Assembly: GCA_965140415.1 (NCBI GenBank)
Contig: OZ223209.1
Location: 3,360,001-3,424,000, forward strand
Source: Myxococcota bacterium
Lineage (GTDB): Bacteria; Myxococcota_A; SURF-8
DNA length: 64,000 bases
Reading direction: 5' to 3'
Numbering within the stretch: position 1 is the first letter of the stretch; each line of letters begins with the position of its first letter. This document shows positions 60,380 to 64,000 of the stretch, one piece after another. The notes beneath the pieces are model-generated. The model had not been told where the DNA came from and made no database searches. It saw only the letters and a list, made by a program, of their open reading frames with translations. The position numbers and the translations under genes are program-made.

Positions 60380-60970
60380 CTACAAACAACTTGCCTCAAC
60401 CTTGAAATACCTTTTATTGTACTTATTTGCAGCTCGAACAACCCCTTCCGTCGCCGCAGCAAAAACGGCATCCGAACCGTGGTCAATCCATTGCTCTAAC
60501 AATGGTTTTTCCTCCGGGTAGAACGAGTGCAGCACAAATTTCGTAATGACTTCATCATGTTTCGGTCGACCAATGCCCATTCGGACTCTCACGAAAAGGT
60601 CCGATCCAAGCTGTTCTCTGGTAGACTTTATTCCCTTGTGGCCGCCATCGGATCCTCCGATTTTGACTTTGATCTGGCCGAACTCGAGATCGAGGTCATC
60701 ATGAACTACGATAATATTTTCAACAGGAGTACGATAAAAAGAAGCGGCAAGGCGAACAGCCTCACCGCTTCGATTCATGTAAGTTTGCGGTTTAACAAGT
60801 AACAATTGATCAGTTCCTCGCCGAGCCATGCCAACTTCCGAACGGAATTTTCTTTGCTCAACGCGCACCCCCAATCGTTTGGCCAGGCGATCAACGATCA
60901 TATACCCCAAATTGTGACGAGTGTTCAAATATTCTTCGCCAGGGTTGCCTAAGCCAACAATCAGTATCAA
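60380..60970 (-). CDS. pth: Peptidyl-tRNA hydrolase
   Basis: GLGNPG..Y..TRHN, KPQTYMN.SG, HDDLD. Confidence 0.96.
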   Translation of the reverse strand: MILIVGLGNPGEEYLNTRHNLGYMIVDRLAKRLGVRVEQRKFRSEVGMARRGTDQLLLVKPQTYMNRSGEAVRLAASFYRTPVENIIVVHDDLDLEFGQIKVKIGGSDGGHKGIKSTREQLGSDLFVRVRMGIGRPKHDEVITKFVLHSFYPEEKPLLEQWIDHGSDAVFAAATEGVVRAANKYNKRYFKVEASCL

Positions 60971-61611
60971 TTGGCGGCTTCCTGTTCCGCACCAGCAGCC
61001 TCTTCACCTTCAGCAGCCTCGGCTTCTTCGCCTTCAGCCTCTTCGTCCTCGGCGACGTCGCGGCTGCTGGTTACCTGAATCATCACTTCGTTGTCACGAT
61101 GCAGGTAAGAGATACCCTCCACCTTCGGAAGGTCGACGGTCTTAAGTTGCTCACCCACTTCCAGTTCCGAAATGTCAAGCACGATTTCACTTGGCAGAAT
61201 CTGCGGAGCACAATGCAGCTTCACCTTTCGGGTAACCTGTTGCATGCTTCCACCCTTTTGGACACCAATCGCTTTTCCAGTGGGGAACAACGGCACCTGG
61301 AAATCGACTTCCTGTCCTTCTTCAACCCGATAGAAGTCCAAATGGAGCAGTTTTCTCGAAAGCGGCTCCACCTGCACGTCTTTGATCAGGCACAGGTAAG
61401 ACTGCCCGTCCACTTCCACCTGCAACAGTGAATTTCTCTTGAATGGGTTGTCAATCGCTTTCGAGAAATCAGTTGGAGAAACCAACAAGTGGATCGGCTC
61501 CAGCTTATTTCCATAAAGCACAGCAGGCACCAGCCCGCTGTTACGATAGCTGCGGGCAGCACTCTTATTTGTTTTTTCGCGTTTTTGAACGTTCAAGCTA
61601 ATCGGATCCAT
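60967..61611 (-). CDS. rplY: 50S ribosomal protein L25 (Ctc form)
   Basis: VPAVLYG, HLDFY, GVQKGG; between prs and pth. Confidence 0.95.
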   Translation of the reverse strand: MDPISLNVQKREKTNKSAARSYRNSGLVPAVLYGNKLEPIHLLVSPTDFSKAIDNPFKRNSLLQVEVDGQSYLCLIKDVQVEPLSRKLLHLDFYRVEEGQEVDFQVPLFPTGKAIGVQKGGSMQQVTRKVKLHCAPQILPSEIVLDISELEVGEQLKTVDLPKVEGISYLHRDNEVMIQVTSSRDVAEDEEAEGEEAEAAEGEEAAGAEQEAAN

Positions 61612-61664
61612 TAGACTCCTCCGTGGAAACCTTCTACAAGATCATACTTATTTTGGATTATTTT

Positions 61665-62654
61665 TCAAACCGAATCTGGAAACAATTCACTGATCGACTC
61701 GTTCGTCGTCAATCGTCGAATGGATTCCGCCAATAATTCGGCTATCGAAACGACTGTTATCTTTTTGCACGCTTTTGCATCATCACGCAAGGGAATTGTG
61801 TCTGTGACAATCAATCTTTCGATCGGACTCTTCTCGATTCTCTCGACAGCGGGTCCGGAAAGGACTGGATGAGTGCAACAAGCCCACACACTTTTTGCAC
61901 CGAGATCCTTGATTGCCTGGGCGGCTTTGGTCAACGTTCCTGCGGTATCCACCATGTCATCCAGCAATACGGCGTCACGCCCTTTGACCTTACCGATAAC
62001 GTTCATGACATCAGACACATTGGCTTCCGGTCGGCGCTTATCCACAACGGCCAGACGTGCATCAAGTTGATTTGCAAACAAACGCGTTCTTTCCGCACCT
62101 CCTGCGTCAGGCGAAACCATGATAATGTTGGATTGGCCGGTTTGCGGATCGTATGTTTTCCGCCATAAAGCCTCTTTCAGATATGAAACCAGAACCTTGG
62201 CTCCGTACAGGTTGTCCACCGCAGAATCAAAAAAGCCTTGAATCTGGTTCGCATGCAGATCGATGGAAACGACCCGCCGTACCCCGGCAGTTTGAAGCAG
62301 ATCCGCTACCAGCTTCGCCGTAATCGGCGTTCTCGGTGCACCCTTACGATCCTGTCTCGCGTAACCATAATAAGGGATGATCGCCGTAATCGAAGCAGCC
62401 GATGCACGCTTTACGGCATCCACCATAATCAGCAGCTCCATCAGGTGATCGTTTGCGGGAGGGCTGATCGGCTGAATGATGAACACATCACGATTACGGA
62501 TGTTATCCAAGATTTTGAGATTGATCTCGCCATCGGCAAAACGACCGACTACCGCTCTACCAAGCGGAAAATCCAAATATTTGCAGATATTCTCGGCCAG
62601 TGGCCGATTCGCATTGCCGGAAAAGAGCCGGATGTTATCCAATGATTTGTACAT
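61665..62654 (-). CDS. prs: Ribose-phosphate pyrophosphokinase
   Basis: FADGE, YYGYARQDRK, DLHA.QIQGFF, DDMVDTAGT. Confidence 0.97.
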   Translation of the reverse strand: MYKSLDNIRLFSGNANRPLAENICKYLDFPLGRAVVGRFADGEINLKILDNIRNRDVFIIQPISPPANDHLMELLIMVDAVKRASAASITAIIPYYGYARQDRKGAPRTPITAKLVADLLQTAGVRRVVSIDLHANQIQGFFDSAVDNLYGAKVLVSYLKEALWRKTYDPQTGQSNIIMVSPDAGGAERTRLFANQLDARLAVVDKRRPEANVSDVMNVIGKVKGRDAVLLDDMVDTAGTLTKAAQAIKDLGAKSVWACCTHPVLSGPAVERIEKSPIERLIVTDTIPLRDDAKACKKITVVSIAELLAESIRRLTTNESISELFPDSV

Positions 62655-62765
62655 GGTCGCTACCCTTGCAAAAACGTGATCACTGCCATTCTACGCTGTT
62701 GCCTACCATCGCCGCAACGCCACCCTTGGAGCCAGAACTGCATGGGTTGGAACATGTAAAAAAGA

Positions 62766-62840
62766 TGGCTGGGGTGGCAGGATTCGAACCTGCGAATGCT
62801 GGAACCAAAATCCAGTGTCTTACCACTTGACGACACCCCA
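62766..62840 (-). tRNA. tRNA-Gln(TTG)
   Basis: TGGGGTG acceptor, anticodon arm CTGGA-TTTTGGT-TCCAG, GGTTCGAATCC T-arm, CCA end. Confidence 0.96.
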
Positions 62841-62892
62841 ACGCCTACGCGTGCAACGAACAATTCATACTGAGTCGCTGCCTGAAGGAAAT

Positions 62893-63189
62893 CTACTCCA
62901 TGTCGTAGTCGACAACGGGAGCACCTCCGTCATGCACGCTCATTTCACTTCGATAGGCTTCAAGGACGATGCCTTCCATCTCATCACGGCATTCCGAATT
63001 CAGCGGATGGGCAATGTCTTTGAACGTACCGTCCTTGCGCTTCTTACTAGGCATTGCCACAAAATAGCCGTTGTTGCCATTGATGATCTTCAAATCGCGG
63101 ACGATGAAGCAATCATCCAGGGTGATGGTTACATAAGCCTTCAATCGCTCCTCGTTGACTGGAAAAACCTTAACTTCGGTGATTTCCAT
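62893..63189 (-). CDS. spoVG: SpoVG family protein
   Basis: MEITEV...LKAY...FVAMPS...DIAHP. Confidence 0.93.
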   Translation of the reverse strand: MEITEVKVFPVNEERLKAYVTITLDDCFIVRDLKIINGNNGYFVAMPSKKRKDGTFKDIAHPLNSECRDEMEGIVLEAYRSEMSVHDGGAPVVDYDME

Positions 63190-63191
63190 GA

Positions 63192-64000
63192 CTACCCATC
63201 CTCGCTCTCTAGGTTGGAATTGGATGCCATCCACAACGATGCTTCAGGAAACAGTCGTTGCAAATTCAACATTGCCTGGCTAGCAATATCCTGTTCTTCG
63301 AACAGGCCGAACAGCGTTGCTCCACTACCGCTCATCAACGCTTTCATGGCACCCTGTTGAAGCAGAGCCTCTTTCATTTTTAAAAGATCCGTGAACGTTA
63401 GAAAGGTCACAGACTCCAGGTCGTTACGCATCAGGCCTGCCACCGCCTTCCGCCCGAGGAAGCGATTGGGTTTCCTACCATCATTGCTGGACTTTGTCAA
63501 CCTAATGTCGCCAAGTTTTTCATAAACCCATTGGGTACGCACCGGATACCCTGGATTAATCAAAACAAACCAGCATGGCTCTAACTCAACATTCCCTCGA
63601 ATATATTCTCCGATGCCGCCGACCCAGCAGCATCGGCCATGAAAACAAGCCGGCACATCCGCACCAAGCTCAACACAACCAGACAATATTTGCGATGATG
63701 AAACGGGAAAACCATAAAGCCGTTGTAGCAGTCGCAACACACACGCGGCATCGCTACTGCCACCACCCAGCCCTCCTGCAACAGGAATCCGTTTCTCAAT
63801 CTCGATCTTGAGATTCAATTCCGCTTCAGGTATTTTCGAAACGGCAGCATACCAATAAGCCGCCTTCACAGCCAGATTGTCAGCACGCTCCAGCTCTTCA
63901 TATCCTGGGCAAAGGATCTGCACCCCCCCGGATCTTTTTTTCTCAACGGTTATCCGATCGGCCAGATCAATCGGACAAACCAACGACTCAAGCAGGTGAT
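63192..64000 (-). CDS. ispE: 4-diphosphocytidyl-2-C-methyl-D-erythritol kinase (5' end outside window)
   Basis: KRIPVAGGLGGGSSDAA, LGADVP, MSGSG. Confidence 0.95.
   Translation of the reverse strand, partial: HLLESLVCPIDLADRITVEKKRSGGVQILCPGYEELERADNLAVKAAYWYAAVSKIPEAELNLKIEIEKRIPVAGGLGGGSSDAACVLRLLQRLYGFPVSSSQILSGCVELGADVPACFHGRCCWVGGIGEYIRGNVELEPCWFVLINPGYPVRTQWVYEKLGDIRLTKSSNDGRKPNRFLGRKAVAGLMRNDLESVTFLTFTDLLKMKEALLQQGAMKALMSGSGATLFGLFEEQDIASQAMLNLQRLFPEASLWMASNSNLESEDG

Overview
Bacterial chromosome, probably a delta-proteobacterial (Myxococcota/Desulfobacterota-like) lineage, inferred from the ispE-spoVG-tRNA-Gln-prs-rplY-pth and ftsH-folP-cdaA-cdaR-glmM gene orders. The right part (about 26.7-64 kb) is mostly housekeeping: tRNA-Pro/Val/Gln, ihfA, rplT, rpmI, infC, glmM, cdaAR, folP, ftsH, corA, mscS, proBA, argR, hppA, pth, rplY, prs, spoVG, ispE. 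It also holds a DGD-repeat lipoprotein and an unannotated UGA-readthrough selenoprotein candidate with a SECIS-like hairpin. Downstream of tRNA-Pro(GGG) lies a partly decayed integrated element (about 8.95-26.67 kb); no integrase or second att site is visible. It carries an AlpA/Xis gene, a Walker-motif-degenerate D5 helicase, an amber-split putative Rep gene with 22-bp-period iterons, a single 1515-aa primase-helicase-DNA polymerase A fusion, and four transposase-type HTH genes. It also carries a terminator-bounded ubiquitin-like operon: a Ubl with a masked GG, an E2-like protein with coiled coil and four Cys4 repeats, and a JAB peptidase, with no E1. The far left holds a sugar-modification cluster and a diguanylate cyclase. 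All functional calls come from reading motifs by eye; no searches were run.
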